Positions 46,581 through 60,500 of a DNA stretch of 64,000 bases are shown in pieces; position 1 is the first letter of the stretch, and each line of letters starts with the position of its first letter. This stretch comes from Thermodesulfobacteriota bacterium (GTDB lineage Bacteria > Desulfobacterota_D > UBA1144 > Nemesobacterales > UBA2774): the NCBI GenBank assembly GCA_965223335.1, contig OZ244991.1, positions 1,504,001 to 1,568,000 of the forward strand, in the 5' to 3' direction. Made by a program: the position numbers and the translations under genes. The notes beneath the pieces are model-generated. The model was not told where the DNA came from and ran no database searches. It was given only the letters and a program-made list of their open reading frames with translations.

Positions 46581-47090
46581 ATGATCGACTATGTGGTTTT
46601 AGCAGTATTTTTACTTGTCGCACTCATCGGATTAATTTCCCTTATTTTCGGGTTGCCGGGCAATTTGATAATTTTAGCTGACTCTGTTTTATACGGCTGG
46701 TACGGTAACTTTACTAAGATAACTGTAAGCACGATTATAATACTTGCGGCACTGGCGCTGCTTGCCGAGGTCATAGAGTTTGTGATGGGCATTATCGGAT
46801 CCAAGAGGTATAGGTCATCAAACAGGGCAATAGTGGGATCGATTGTGTTCGGAGTATTCGGAGCCATACTGGGTGCTCCGATATTTTGGGGAATAGGTTC
46901 TTTGATAGGGGCGTTTGTGGGTGCGTTTTTCGGGGCTTTTGTCGTAGAGGTTTCGTATGGTAAGAGACTTAAAGAGGCCATAGATTCGGGGTGGGGGGCA
47001 CTGCTGGGCAGGGTAGGCGGTACGATTGTAAAGGGTATATTTAGTGTTGCGATGATTGTAGTAGCTGTCGTATCAATATTAGGGTTTTAG
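46581..47090 (+). CDS. DUF456 family membrane protein
   Basis: GLPG, Gly-rich TM helices, GAFFGAFVVE pattern. Confidence 0.7.
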   Translation: MIDYVVLAVFLLVALIGLISLIFGLPGNLIILADSVLYGWYGNFTKITVSTIIILAALALLAEVIEFVMGIIGSKRYRSSNRAIVGSIVFGVFGAILGAPIFWGIGSLIGAFVGAFFGAFVVEVSYGKRLKEAIDSGWGALLGRVGGTIVKGIFSVAMIVVAVVSILGF

Positions 47091-47093
47091 CAT

Positions 47094-48113
47094 ATGAAAG
47101 AGAAACTAGAGGAAGTAAAGGATTTGGCAATTAAAGAGGTACAAGGGGTTAAGGACGAGGCTATGCTCCTTAACCTAAAGGCCCGTTTTGTGGGTAAGAA
47201 GGGTGTGATTACAGATATTTTAAAGGGGATGAAGGACGTTGCGAAAGAGGATCGCCCCCAGATGGGCAAGCTTGTAAACGAGGCCAAGCAGTATATAGAA
47301 GATGCCATAGACAATAAATTACAAGAGATTAAAGACCAGAGGAAACAAAAGGCACTCAAAGAGCAAAGAGTGGATGTAACACTGCCCGGCAGGGGATTCC
47401 CCTCGGGCGCTAAACACCCTGTAACACAGGTAATGGACGAGATAATAGATGTGTTTGTGCGTATGGGGTTTAACGTAGCCGAGGGCCCCGAGATTGAGAC
47501 TGATTACTACAACTTTGAGGCACTCAACATCCCAAAAAACCATCCTGCACGCGATATGCAGGACACGTTCTATGTCACAAACGACATTGTGCTTAGGACC
47601 CATACCTCACCGGTACAGATAAGGGTAATGGAAATGCAACCCCCGCCGCTAAAAATCATAGCCCCCGGGCGAGTGTACAGGTGCGACAGCGATGTCTCTC
47701 ACACCCCGATGTTCCACCAGATCGAGGGTCTGCTTGTGGACAAGGGGATCACATTCGGGGACCTAAAGGGTGTGCTTACCGAGTTTCTGACACATGTGTT
47801 CGGCGGTGGATTGGGGGTGCGGTTCAGACCTAGTTTCTTCCCGTTCACAGAGCCCAGTGCCGAGGTGGATATAGAGTGTGTCATTTGCGGGGGCAAGGGA
47901 TGTCGGGTGTGCAAGGACACGGGTTGGCTAGAGATACTCGGGTGTGGGATGGTGGATCCCGAGGTTTTCAAGAGTGTCGGTTACGATTCCGAAACCTATA
48001 CGGGGTTTGCATTCGGCATGGGAATAGAACGCATCACTATGCTTAAGTTCGGGATCAACGACATAAGGCTATTCTTTGAGAACGATATACGATTTCTAAA
48101 ACAGTTTGTATAA
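47094..48113 (+). CDS. pheS: phenylalanine-tRNA ligase alpha subunit
   Basis: HPARDMQDTF, LRTHTS, FRPSFFPFTEPS, GFAFGMG. Confidence 0.97.
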   Translation: MKEKLEEVKDLAIKEVQGVKDEAMLLNLKARFVGKKGVITDILKGMKDVAKEDRPQMGKLVNEAKQYIEDAIDNKLQEIKDQRKQKALKEQRVDVTLPGRGFPSGAKHPVTQVMDEIIDVFVRMGFNVAEGPEIETDYYNFEALNIPKNHPARDMQDTFYVTNDIVLRTHTSPVQIRVMEMQPPPLKIIAPGRVYRCDSDVSHTPMFHQIEGLLVDKGITFGDLKGVLTEFLTHVFGGGLGVRFRPSFFPFTEPSAEVDIECVICGGKGCRVCKDTGWLEILGCGMVDPEVFKSVGYDSETYTGFAFGMGIERITMLKFGINDIRLFFENDIRFLKQFV

Positions 48114-48173
48114 GAAAGACAATATCGGTAGGTTAGGCACAAAACAATTGATCAATACTAAGGAGCGTATATT

Positions 48174-48728
48174 ATGGGCGTAAAACCAGATCATTGGATT
48201 AGAAAAATGGCTACGGAAGAAAGCATGATAGAGCCGTTTGTCGACGGGCAGGTAAGAGAGGGGTCAATATCGTACGGGCTCTCGGCCTACGGTTACGATA
48301 TACGCGTGAGTGACGAGTTTAAGGTGTTTACGAACGTTCATAACACTGTAGTTGACCCTAAGGAGTTTGACGACAGGTCGTTTGTCGAGATCAAAGCCGA
48401 TCTCTGTATGATCCCGCCCAACTCATTTGCGCTTGCACGTACAGTGGAGTATTTCAAGATCCCTCGCAGCGTGATTACACTTTGTGTCGGTAAGTCCACT
48501 TATGCGCGTTGCGGTATAATAGTGAACGTTACACCATTTGAGCCCGAGTGGGAGGGTTTTGTTACACTCGAGATATCCAATACAACCCCGCTACCGGCAA
48601 AAATTTACGCCAACGAGGGGATTGCTCAGGTTCTGTTTTTCGAGGCTGACGAGCTCTGCGAAGTGTCCTATGCGGATAAAAAAGGCAAGTATCAAAACCA
48701 GGTCGGCATCACACCACCCAAGGTATAG
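48174..48728 (+). CDS. dcd: dCTP deaminase
   Basis: [32 protein letters not shown]. Confidence 0.95.
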   Translation: MGVKPDHWIRKMATEESMIEPFVDGQVREGSISYGLSAYGYDIRVSDEFKVFTNVHNTVVDPKEFDDRSFVEIKADLCMIPPNSFALARTVEYFKIPRSVITLCVGKSTYARCGIIVNVTPFEPEWEGFVTLEISNTTPLPAKIYANEGIAQVLFFEADELCEVSYADKKGKYQNQVGITPPKV

Positions 48729-48899
48729 AATGCCAGAGGCACGTAGCGTGCATTGCCTAGATTCGATTTATAATTTTTTGGTGTGATTACTGAGATTTAT
48801 AGAACAATTATAATCTATAAAAATAGCTTTATTTTATTATACTTTAGGCTTTCCGCATGGTATAATTGAGTGTTCCCAATATGTACATGGAGGTCTTAA

Positions 48900-51368
<2,469 letters not shown>

Positions 51369-51484
51369 AGCGTAAACTTCGCAACGTGCAGTTATTACAG
51401 CATAATATTTGGTTTCCATCCATAGTAAATCTTTGTTTTTCAATAATTCGGACCCTTTGTTTTTTCACTTATACTATATGTAAC

Positions 51485-52186
51485 ATGCTCATTAAGTTGA
51501 TTGATCTGTTTAAGAGTGTTTTTGTGTTGATAATTCCCAAGCGCATTCGGCGGTCCGGAGTTCTGCAGAATCTATATAGAAGGGTTCGCTCCGCTGTGGG
51601 TGGGCATGATGAGATTTATGATGCTAATTTTTACCGTGAACGAGAGAGTGGTGCCAGGAGTAGCGCCGCTGTAATAGCGCAATCGATAGTGAGTGATCTA
51701 AGACCCTCGTCAGTCCTTGATGTGGGGTGTGGGAGTGGGGAGCTTTTGGAGGAATTAGAGCTACAGGGCGTAAGAGCTATGGGCTTGGAACGATCGGAGG
51801 CAGTGTTGGGGTGCGCTGAGACTAAAGAGCTCAATATATTGAAATTCGATCTCACAAAAGACGAATTTGAGTATGACGGGGGATTTGATCTGGTCGTGAG
51901 TTTGGAGGTAGCGGAACACTTGGCAGAGAAATACGCAGATAGGTTTTTGGATCTGCTTACAAAGTTTGGGGCCGATGTGGTGTTTTCGGCTGCGGTCCCC
52001 GGGCAGGGCGGTACAGACCACCTGAACGAACAACCTCACGAGTATTGGATAGATAAGTTTCAGAAAAGGGGTTTTGAACACGACAACGAAATCTCTAAGC
52101 GGTGGAAAGAAAGATGGAAAGAATCCAACCAAGTTAAGAACTATTATTATAACAACATCATGGTGTTCCGGTCTAAAGGACTGTAG
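51485..52186 (+). CDS. class I SAM-dependent methyltransferase (probably glycan-associated)
   Basis: VLDVGCGSG, SLEVAEHL, FSAAVPGQGG..HLNEQ; likely ATG 51485. Confidence 0.8.
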   Translation: MLIKLIDLFKSVFVLIIPKRIRRSGVLQNLYRRVRSAVGGHDEIYDANFYRERESGARSSAAVIAQSIVSDLRPSSVLDVGCGSGELLEELELQGVRAMGLERSEAVLGCAETKELNILKFDLTKDEFEYDGGFDLVVSLEVAEHLAEKYADRFLDLLTKFGADVVFSAAVPGQGGTDHLNEQPHEYWIDKFQKRGFEHDNEISKRWKERWKESNQVKNYYYNNIMVFRSKGL

Positions 52187-52222
52187 CTATGTGATCGGTA
52201 CTTGCGGCTCGCGGTCAAAACA

Positions 52223-53275
52223 TTATAGATGGTCACTGAATACTATAAATGCACTTGTAAGTATGATGTTGGCAACTGCTATCGGGAACAATATTTTCCA
52301 GCCCAGGTTCATAACCTGATCGTATCGGAAACGCGGCAGCGTAAAACGTACCCAAATAAAGAAGAATAAGAATGTAAGCACCTTACCGATAAATACCAGC
52401 GGTGGCAGGTACCAATGAGTTTCGATATCAATACTGCCCCAACCAACAAACGGCAATGGATACCAGCCCCCGAAGAATAGCGCTACTACAAGGCACGATA
52501 CCACTATCATGTGCGTGTACTCGGCCATAAAAAACATTGCAAACTTCATGCTGCTATACTCTGTATGATAACCGGCTACAATCTCGGGCTCGGCCTCGGG
52601 CATATCGAATGGTAAGCGATTAGTTTCTGCAAACGCTGCGATTAAAAATACTAAAAAACCGAAAAACTGTGTGATGACAAACCAGTATTTTGTTTGAGCC
52701 TCGACTATGTCCTCTAGCCTAAGAGAGCCTGTAATGGCTATCACCCCTAGTATCGCCATTCCCATCGCAAGCTCGTAGCTTATCATCTGAGCCGCACCCC
52801 TTAACCCACCCAAAAACGAGTATTTGCTGTTGGATGCCCAACCCCCGAGTACCACTCCATACACGCTTAGCGAGCCTATGGCCAATATATACAACACCCC
52901 GACGTTGATGTCGGCGATCTGCAATTTTACGAATATCGGTTCTCTGAGCAGTCCCATTAGATCTGTATGGAAACCGTAGCCTATGGGCACCACGGCTAGT
53001 GCAATAATAGCTGTAACGAGTGCAAACCCCGGAGCTATTATATAGAACTTTTTATCTACATGGTCAGGGATGATGTCTTCTTTAAATATAAATTTCACAC
53101 CGTCGGCAAGGGGTTGGAGCAGGCCGAATGGGCCCACCCTGTTGGGGCCGAGCCGGTCCTGTATAAATGCGCTCACCCGTCTCTCGGCAAATGTCAGGTA
53201 TGCGACTAATGTTAGCACTACAAACAGTACTAAAGCTATCTTGGTTAATGCGATGCTTACTTCAATCCAAGGCAT
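52223..53275 (-). CDS. nuoH: NADH-quinone oxidoreductase subunit H
   Basis: ERR..RLGPNRVGP, QPLADG, QMISYE, ETNRLPFD, RFRYDQ. Confidence 0.95.
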   Translation of the reverse strand: MPWIEVSIALTKIALVLFVVLTLVAYLTFAERRVSAFIQDRLGPNRVGPFGLLQPLADGVKFIFKEDIIPDHVDKKFYIIAPGFALVTAIIALAVVPIGYGFHTDLMGLLREPIFVKLQIADINVGVLYILAIGSLSVYGVVLGGWASNSKYSFLGGLRGAAQMISYELAMGMAILGVIAITGSLRLEDIVEAQTKYWFVITQFFGFLVFLIAAFAETNRLPFDMPEAEPEIVAGYHTEYSSMKFAMFFMAEYTHMIVVSCLVVALFFGGWYPLPFVGWGSIDIETHWYLPPLVFIGKVLTFLFFFIWVRFTLPRFRYDQVMNLGWKILFPIAVANIILTSAFIVFSDHL

Positions 53276-53288
53276 AATTCACTCGTAG

Positions 53289-54896
53289 TTATTGTGACGG
53301 CACCGTTTTGTTAGTACCGAGTTCTCCTATTATTTCATGGTTAAGCCCGCTGTACTCGGGCAACGATTGTGCAATCTCGTCCATTATTTCAGATGTATTT
53401 TGATACGTGAAACCGAAATCCTGAAAATATTGTCCAATTAAGCATAGTATTTCCCAGTCCGCTTTAGCTATTCCGGGTGGCTCGATGGCTTTTCTTATTC
53501 GCTGTATCCTGCCTCTATCATTTGTAAAAGTGCCGTCTTTTTCGTAAGGGCTTGCACCCGGCAAGATTACGTGGGCGTATTTTGCGGTTTCTGTCATCTT
53601 GTAGTCCTGGACCACAAGGCCGTTTAGCTTAGCGAGATTATTTCTTAGCCTCTCGTGCTCGTCTTCGGTTACAAGCTTAAATAGGTCCGCACCACATATA
53701 TAGAGTGCTTTTAGATTGCCCTCCAATAGATCGTTTAGGACTTGGGGCAAGATATTGGCTCCATTTACAAGCCCAAAGTCCATTACCCCTGCAGAGTTCG
53801 GATAGGGGTCCGAGCTTATGAGACCGTGCAGTTTTTCCCTGTCTTGAACACCTACTTCTGAGCTGAGATTTTCTATCTTGGTTACATGTGAGATCTTTTT
53901 TAACAGGTATATCTCTTCGTTGGTCAGCGTGGGGGCACCAATTATGGCTGAGTAGACCGGATATGTATCCGAAGCCGATCTCAATATAGAACCCGCTGCA
54001 TCCACTGCCGCATCCCAACTTGTTACCTCGTATCCGTTATCACCCCGTATTATAGGGTCACGGAGTCGAAGGGGGTTTTCTTGAATATCCTCAAAACCAT
54101 AGCGTCCCCGATCACAGATCCAATAGCCGTTAACATCGGTGTTTACCCTGGGCCTTACTCGCGATACCTTGCCCTTCCTCGGGTCGACCCCTACAGTTAT
54201 ATTGCATCCGTTACTGCATAGCGAACACACACTGTCTGCAAACTCCCAGTACCATACCCTCTCTTTGTGTAATGTGCTTTTATCTAGCAATGCTCCTACA
54301 GGGCAGATATCCGTTACGTTGCCCGCAAGCTCATTGTCAAGCGGTTTCCCCGGGAACACCGCAATCTTCTTTCTAAAACCCCGGCCCTCGTAACCGAGCT
54401 CACCGGTTTTAGTTATTTCGTCAGTGAACCGTATGCACCTTGTGCACATTATGCATCTATTGGGGTCATATAAAATCTGCTCACTTAGATAGTATTTTCT
54501 TCTGACCTTTTTTTCTTCAGGGCCCTCAAACCGGCTTTTGCCCGGGCCGTGCCCTACTGTGGTTAACTGAAGGGGGCACTCCCCGCCCTTATCGCATATA
54601 GGGCAGTCCAAGGGGTGATTGATAAGGGTAAACTCGACTGTGGCCTCACGGGCTTTGAGTGCCTTGGTAGAGTCGGTTTTAACAATGAGCCCTTCCCTAA
54701 CGTATGTATTGCACGCAGGCATAACCTTGGGCACGCCTTCAATCTCTACCAAGCATTGTCTGCATTGGGCCACAACGCTAAGTGCGGGATGATAGCAAAA
54801 ATGTGGTATTTCAACGCCTACTCTCGAGGCGGCCTCTATGATGTTAAGACCATCTTCTACGGTAATTTCTTTGCCATCTATTATTAATGTGGGCAT
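53289..54896 (-). CDS. nuoG: NADH-quinone oxidoreductase subunit G (short form)
   Basis: IPHFCYHP..CRQC, HPLDCPICDKGGEC, CIMCTRC, CPVGAL, CSLCSNGC..WICDRG, EKDGTFTN. Confidence 0.85.
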   Translation of the reverse strand: MPTLIIDGKEITVEDGLNIIEAASRVGVEIPHFCYHPALSVVAQCRQCLVEIEGVPKVMPACNTYVREGLIVKTDSTKALKAREATVEFTLINHPLDCPICDKGGECPLQLTTVGHGPGKSRFEGPEEKKVRRKYYLSEQILYDPNRCIMCTRCIRFTDEITKTGELGYEGRGFRKKIAVFPGKPLDNELAGNVTDICPVGALLDKSTLHKERVWYWEFADSVCSLCSNGCNITVGVDPRKGKVSRVRPRVNTDVNGYWICDRGRYGFEDIQENPLRLRDPIIRGDNGYEVTSWDAAVDAAGSILRSASDTYPVYSAIIGAPTLTNEEIYLLKKISHVTKIENLSSEVGVQDREKLHGLISSDPYPNSAGVMDFGLVNGANILPQVLNDLLEGNLKALYICGADLFKLVTEDEHERLRNNLAKLNGLVVQDYKMTETAKYAHVILPGASPYEKDGTFTNDRGRIQRIRKAIEPPGIAKADWEILCLIGQYFQDFGFTYQNTSEIMDEIAQSLPEYSGLNHEIIGELGTNKTVPSQ

Positions 54897-55221
54897 TGGA
54901 GTGTCCGGGGATGTAAAGTCCAGAAAATACTATCTGACCAACATGCTGTTAGCAATACTAAAAAGATAAATTATTGGTAAAGACTACCGTGTTAATGGGT
55001 ATTGGTTTTTTCATAAGAATGTATGGTTTGTTGATCAGATGCAATGGTATTATATTTTATAAATAGGGGTGTTCGATAGTTTGTTTTTAGAAAACACATT
55101 ATCTATAGATGTATATAAATATATACATGTAATTGAGCGTAAGATCTGGTAAATTATTGTGATTAGTGTGTGAGGACATCGCTGGGTTCACCGCGAGAGG
55201 CAGCTTGGATAATATACTGTT

Positions 55222-57489
55222 ATGAAGGATGAGAATAAAACAAAAAAACAGCTTGTAGGCGAGCTCCAAGATCTTAGGCACTACATTAAAACTCTTGAGA
55301 ATAAGCAGGCTGAGCTACGCCAAAACCTAAATACCAGTATTGAGGACAAGAACTTATATCTGGATATCTACCGCTGCCTAAACAACGCGGTGTTGTTAGT
55401 CGCCCCTAATGAGGACAGGATTCTGGATGCAAATGAAAAGGCGTCTGAGTTATTGGGCTATACCCGCGATGAGTTTCTAAGCCTCCCGATCTCTACAATA
55501 CATCCCAACGAAATGTTCTCCATGAAGAAATTTGCCGATAAGGTGTTTGAGAACGGTAACGGATGGACCGATGAACTTACGTGTATAGCCCGATCGGGCG
55601 ATATTGTACATACCTCTATTTCTGCATCTAAGTTAACAATAGGGGACAAAGACTGCATGCTGGCAATCATTACTGATATTAGCGAGAGAAAAAGATCTGA
55701 GCGAGTTGTTCAAGAGAACATTGATTCGATGCTCAAGATCAACCGTAAAGACCGAATAATTAGATTAGTTACCCAAGGTGTCCATAAATCACTCAACTTA
55801 GATCGTATATTCGATAACATCGTAAAAACGATCCACGAAAATATGCATAACGCTGAGAACGCTGCTATATTTTTGGTAGAGGGAGATTTTATGGTACTTA
55901 AGGCACATCGGGGTTTTGATCCGGGGTTTATATCGACATTATCCAGAATTCCGAGAGGCGCAGGGTATCTATGGTATTCGGTGGTAAATGGTGTAAACGT
56001 TCATTCCAATAATGTGCAAGAGGATAAATTAATAGGTGATAAAGGCAAAAAGGCTGGTATTAAGAGTTATATGGCGTCACCTATATTCTATCAAGGTAAA
56101 TCAATTGGTGCTGTCTCTCTGTGTTCAATGCATACGACTGGTGCATACAGTAACGAGGATATAGAGCTATTAAGTATAATTGCGAGACAGGCTGAGCTTG
56201 CGATTACCCATGCCAGGCAAACTTCAGAACTTAGTGATAGTGAGAAGAGGTTCAGGGTCGTAGCGGATTCTGCCCCGATAATGATATGGATTTCAGGTAT
56301 AGACAAACTCTTAACATTTGTAAATCAAGGCTGGCTCGATTTTACAGGGAGGACATTTGATCAAGAGATCGGAAACGGGTGGTCAGAACTTATACATCCC
56401 GATGACCTTGAGCGTACTTTCAAACTATATAACAAATCGTTCGATGCACGCGAACAATATTCGATAGAAACTCGTTTCAAGAGACAAGACGGTGAATACA
56501 GGTGGCTGCTCATCACCGGTGTGCCGAGATACGAAGGCGGTAATTTCATGGGGTTTATAGGATCATGTGTGGATGTGACGGATAGGATGGATATTGAGAT
56601 CAAACTCAGGAACAACGAAACGTTGTTACGCTTAATAGATAGATTATCCGAATCTTCACACCAGGGGTTGGGAGACGGTGAAACAGTAAAGTCGGTTTTG
56701 GATATTATTGTTGAACATTTTCAGAACATGAGGGTCAGTTACTCACACCTCGATCCTGTGGGCAACTTCAACACACTAGTGGCTTTGCTGCCCGAGCCGG
56801 AATTTGAATTAAAAGCCATAGAGGCAGATGTGTCTATTGCCCCCAAGTATATAGAGATGCTGAGCAGGGGTGAAACCGTGGTAGTCAGTGATGTGACCAA
56901 AGATCAAAATATCGGTCTTTTATCGGGAGTATTTAAATCAACCGGTTCTATGGCGTTTCTAGAGGTACCTGTGGATCTCGGTTCAGACCTAATCGGAGTA
57001 ATAACGATAGAGAGTTATCAACCCAGGGAGTGGTCTGGGGAGGAAATAAATTTGATCGAAGATGTAGCTAAGCAATTGTCTCATACACTTGGGGAGACCC
57101 GATATAATGAGGATATGCAAAATATAAAGAACTTGAGTGTGCTCGACAATCATGCACTTAATATGACTACAGATGGTGTGTGTATAGTTGACGTTGATGG
57201 TTTGATTATTAAAACAAACCCATCGTTTGATAATATGTTCGGGTATAAACATGATAATCTGGTTAACAGAAATCTCGTAGTTTTGGATTGTAGGACTCTC
57301 GAAGAGAACTCACACATTAGCGAGTTGATAGCCAATAAGATTGAGAAATACTCCATGTGGAAAGGTAACTTTAAGAATCTTGATATCAATGATAGGGAAT
57401 TCATGACCCAGGTTCAAATATCTTTTTTAGATATTGCGGGTACCGGTTACTGGATAACAGTACACAAACCGATTAATCTCGACAGTTAA
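55222..57489 (+). CDS. cytoplasmic PAS-GAF-PAS-GAF-PAS sensor protein, no output domain
   Basis: N-terminal coiled coil; DAN..ASELLGY..DISERK; GAF SYMASPIF; RFRVVADSAPIMIW..IHPDD..DVTDR; GAF ..PREWS..EI; terminal PAS NPSFDNMFGY. Confidence 0.8.
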   Translation: MKDENKTKKQLVGELQDLRHYIKTLENKQAELRQNLNTSIEDKNLYLDIYRCLNNAVLLVAPNEDRILDANEKASELLGYTRDEFLSLPISTIHPNEMFSMKKFADKVFENGNGWTDELTCIARSGDIVHTSISASKLTIGDKDCMLAIITDISERKRSERVVQENIDSMLKINRKDRIIRLVTQGVHKSLNLDRIFDNIVKTIHENMHNAENAAIFLVEGDFMVLKAHRGFDPGFISTLSRIPRGAGYLWYSVVNGVNVHSNNVQEDKLIGDKGKKAGIKSYMASPIFYQGKSIGAVSLCSMHTTGAYSNEDIELLSIIARQAELAITHARQTSELSDSEKRFRVVADSAPIMIWISGIDKLLTFVNQGWLDFTGRTFDQEIGNGWSELIHPDDLERTFKLYNKSFDAREQYSIETRFKRQDGEYRWLLITGVPRYEGGNFMGFIGSCVDVTDRMDIEIKLRNNETLLRLIDRLSESSHQGLGDGETVKSVLDIIVEHFQNMRVSYSHLDPVGNFNTLVALLPEPEFELKAIEADVSIAPKYIEMLSRGETVVVSDVTKDQNIGLLSGVFKSTGSMAFLEVPVDLGSDLIGVITIESYQPREWSGEEINLIEDVAKQLSHTLGETRYNEDMQNIKNLSVLDNHALNMTTDGVCIVDVDGLIIKTNPSFDNMFGYKHDNLVNRNLVVLDCRTLEENSHISELIANKIEKYSMWKGNFKNLDINDREFMTQVQISFLDIAGTGYWITVHKPINLDS

Positions 57490-57575
57490 TTTCACACCTC
57501 TTTTGTAATCATACAAGCTCCTCTTTGTGTTTCTTAGATCATAATCGGCTATTCATGTTATAATTCGGTTTAGAT

Positions 57576-60500
57576 ATGCGTTTAAAAATGCTTAGACTGC
57601 TGCTGATATTTTTTGCTATCCTAGCAATATTTAATGTCGGCTTAGCGCTTGTACTCCGTAGCGGTTTATTTAAAGATTTTGTACGCGATGCAAGCAGTAA
57701 AATTGTAACCACTATAACCAACCAACCATTCACGATAGGGTCGATTGAAGGCAATTTCTTAAGCGGATTCACATTAAAAGATGTCTCATTTACTGTGGAT
57801 GGCGACTCGTTTGTCGAGGTCAAGAGCGCATCGATAAACTATTCTCTACCCTTACTCCTGGACAGCTCTATGCTTATCAACAAAGTAGTACCCATAAGTG
57901 CTATAAATGCCAATGGTGTGCTTATTAGGCTCAACAAGCATAAAGACGGCAGTTGGAATTACCAACGACTTGCAATAGACCATAAAAAAGAGAAGCCTAA
58001 AGAAAAGCCGGTGTGGAGCTATTTTGTAGACCGGCTGAGAATAGAGGATATACGGCTTGAGATTATAGACGATTCAAAGCCCGACACACTGGCTTTAAAC
58101 GCCGGGGAATTGCTTTTTTCTCTAAAGCTTATAAAAACGAACGAACAGATTGAACTAAACCTTCTCAATGCGAGTCTAGACGCGTTTTTTAACTCTCTGG
58201 ATATATCCAATGTACATGCCAATGCTATTTCCGGTCGGGCTGTATACACCGACGACAGGATCATGATCAAGAATTTGAGGGGAAAGGTAAACGATTCGGA
58301 TGTAAGGGTTGTGGGTGATATACATGATCTCAAAACCCCTAAATTTAATTTCGACGGTAGTGTGAGGGAATATAAAATCTACGACATCGGGGTTTTTAAT
58401 GCCGATTTCGAGGGCAGGGGGAGTTATAAAGAGCCTAACGATATAAAGATTGATGCTACTCTAAGTGTCTTGGATTCTCGGTTGATGGGCAACAAAGTGT
58501 CGGGTGAGGTGGGCAGGTTTAGGATGGATACAGAGGAGTTGATATTTGAGAACTCTCAACTTTCCTCTGAGCTCGGTACAATAGATATTTCCGGTAAAGT
58601 GCTTCTCTCCGAGCTTTTTAATAAGGGTAAAAGCAATGATTATAAGTTCGATATTAAACTTAGCGATCTACAAACGACAGAGTTTGTAAATATTTTGGAA
58701 AATCGCTCTATTTGGATTGCACCCGAATTTCTAAATCGGGAGCTCGATACACTACTAAACGGTTTTTTAGATCTCAGCGGATCTTGGAAAAAAAACGGAC
58801 AACAGAACTACAGGGCAGAGCTAAGGGAGGTTAAATTAGCGACGACCGATAGAGGCAACCTAACCTTAAACGGCCCCGTCGAGGTTACAAACCAGAGTGC
58901 TAATATCGATCTAAATGTGGGCATAGAAAACATAGATGTAGCCGCTATCACCAATGATGACAACTACAAGAGCGATCTAAATGCCGCATTCAAAGTAAAA
59001 GCGTCGGGTCCACTCACAGAAGAAATTCTTACACTATCTACCATTAATTTGGAGGGGGAGCTAAAACCTTCAGCACTGCCCAACTTGAACATAAACGGGG
59101 CTACTATCAATGCTGCGTACTCGGACAATGTGCTGCGTATTAATAACCTCTCAATTGATTCGGATTCTCTAAACTTAAAAGCGAAAGACAGGGCTGCTAG
59201 CCCTCGTAATATGAATATAGGCTACGAGCTCGACGTTAAGGATATATCCTCGATTGAGTTTCTTAACCCTGAAGTTGACCTGGGTGGTGAGTTGCAACTT
59301 AGTGGGACGATACAAAATAATTTCATCAATCCCAAGATCTCGGCAAAGGGCAGTATCAAGGATTTTTTATTCAAAAACCACGGTTTTAAAGCCAAAACCG
59401 TTAATTTGAATGGGCAGACTAATATCGATCCCAGAGACTTAAAGCTCGATCTAAGCGCTGAAGTCATTGACGCATCGTGGAACAAGAGACCCATAAAAAA
59501 GGCATCTCTCCGGGCTGCAAGCAAGGGTGCGGGTATTGATATACAAGTTGATGTAAATGAAACAAAAAAGAGGAACTACAGCGCAAGCGCTACGTTAAAG
59601 GACATCACCCAAGAGAATAAAGAGCTTTCGATCAATACTTTAACTCTCGATATACACAAAAACATAATGAAGAATAAACGACCGATTACACTTGTGTTTG
59701 ATAACACCGGGGCTCGATTGGATTCGTTTAATCTCTATCACAAAAATAATTTTATTACAGGTGACGCGACTGTTGGATATAACGAACAGGTGGATGCTGA
59801 CATTGTAGTTAACGAACTAAGTTTGCTCGACTTGTCCGAGATATTTGACTTTAATCCCAAGCTCCATGGAGATGTTTCCGGCTCGGTCAATCTTACAGGT
59901 ACGCTCGATAAACCCTTAGTGGAGTCGAGTCTTGCTGCCCAAAACCTAGAGTACCTTAATTTCAAAAGCGACAGGATTGATTTCAATATAGGTTCTCGCC
60001 ATAAAGAGCTCGACCTAAAGTTATCTGTGACTCATAAAGACGAAAAACTGCTTTTAATTGCTGGGACACTATCGCACAATATAAATTTAAAAGAGGTTGA
60101 TAAAGGGCTTGAAAACGCCACTTTCACACTAAGTGCAAACTCCCCCGGGGTAGATATAAGCCCACTCGCAGCCTTTAACTCAGAGCTGCTTAAAATCGAC
60201 GGCAACCTCCATCTGGACATCGATGCATCGGGCAAGTTAATGAGCCCTAGCGTAGAGGGCAAGCTTATGGTCTCGGATGTGACCATGAAGCTCTTTTCGC
60301 TTAGGAATAAGGTTAAGATCCCAAAAGCCGTACTTAACTTTAACGGGGATAGTGGGGTCCTTGAGCCCGTGGCAATAGAGACCGGGGGCGGTGAGGGGAC
60401 GTTTACGGGAAGGGTTAATCTAAGAGACCTCACATATAGTGGTGAAGGGGTAATGAAGGGGCTACTCGCAAAGGCTAACCCCGACGACGTTACAATGAAT

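Noticed and set aside
54897..55221. Riboswitch or sRNA in the nuoG / PAS-GAF divergent spacer
   Set aside because: AT-rich promoter-like DNA with no aptamer consensus I recognise; a cmscan against Rfam would be needed.
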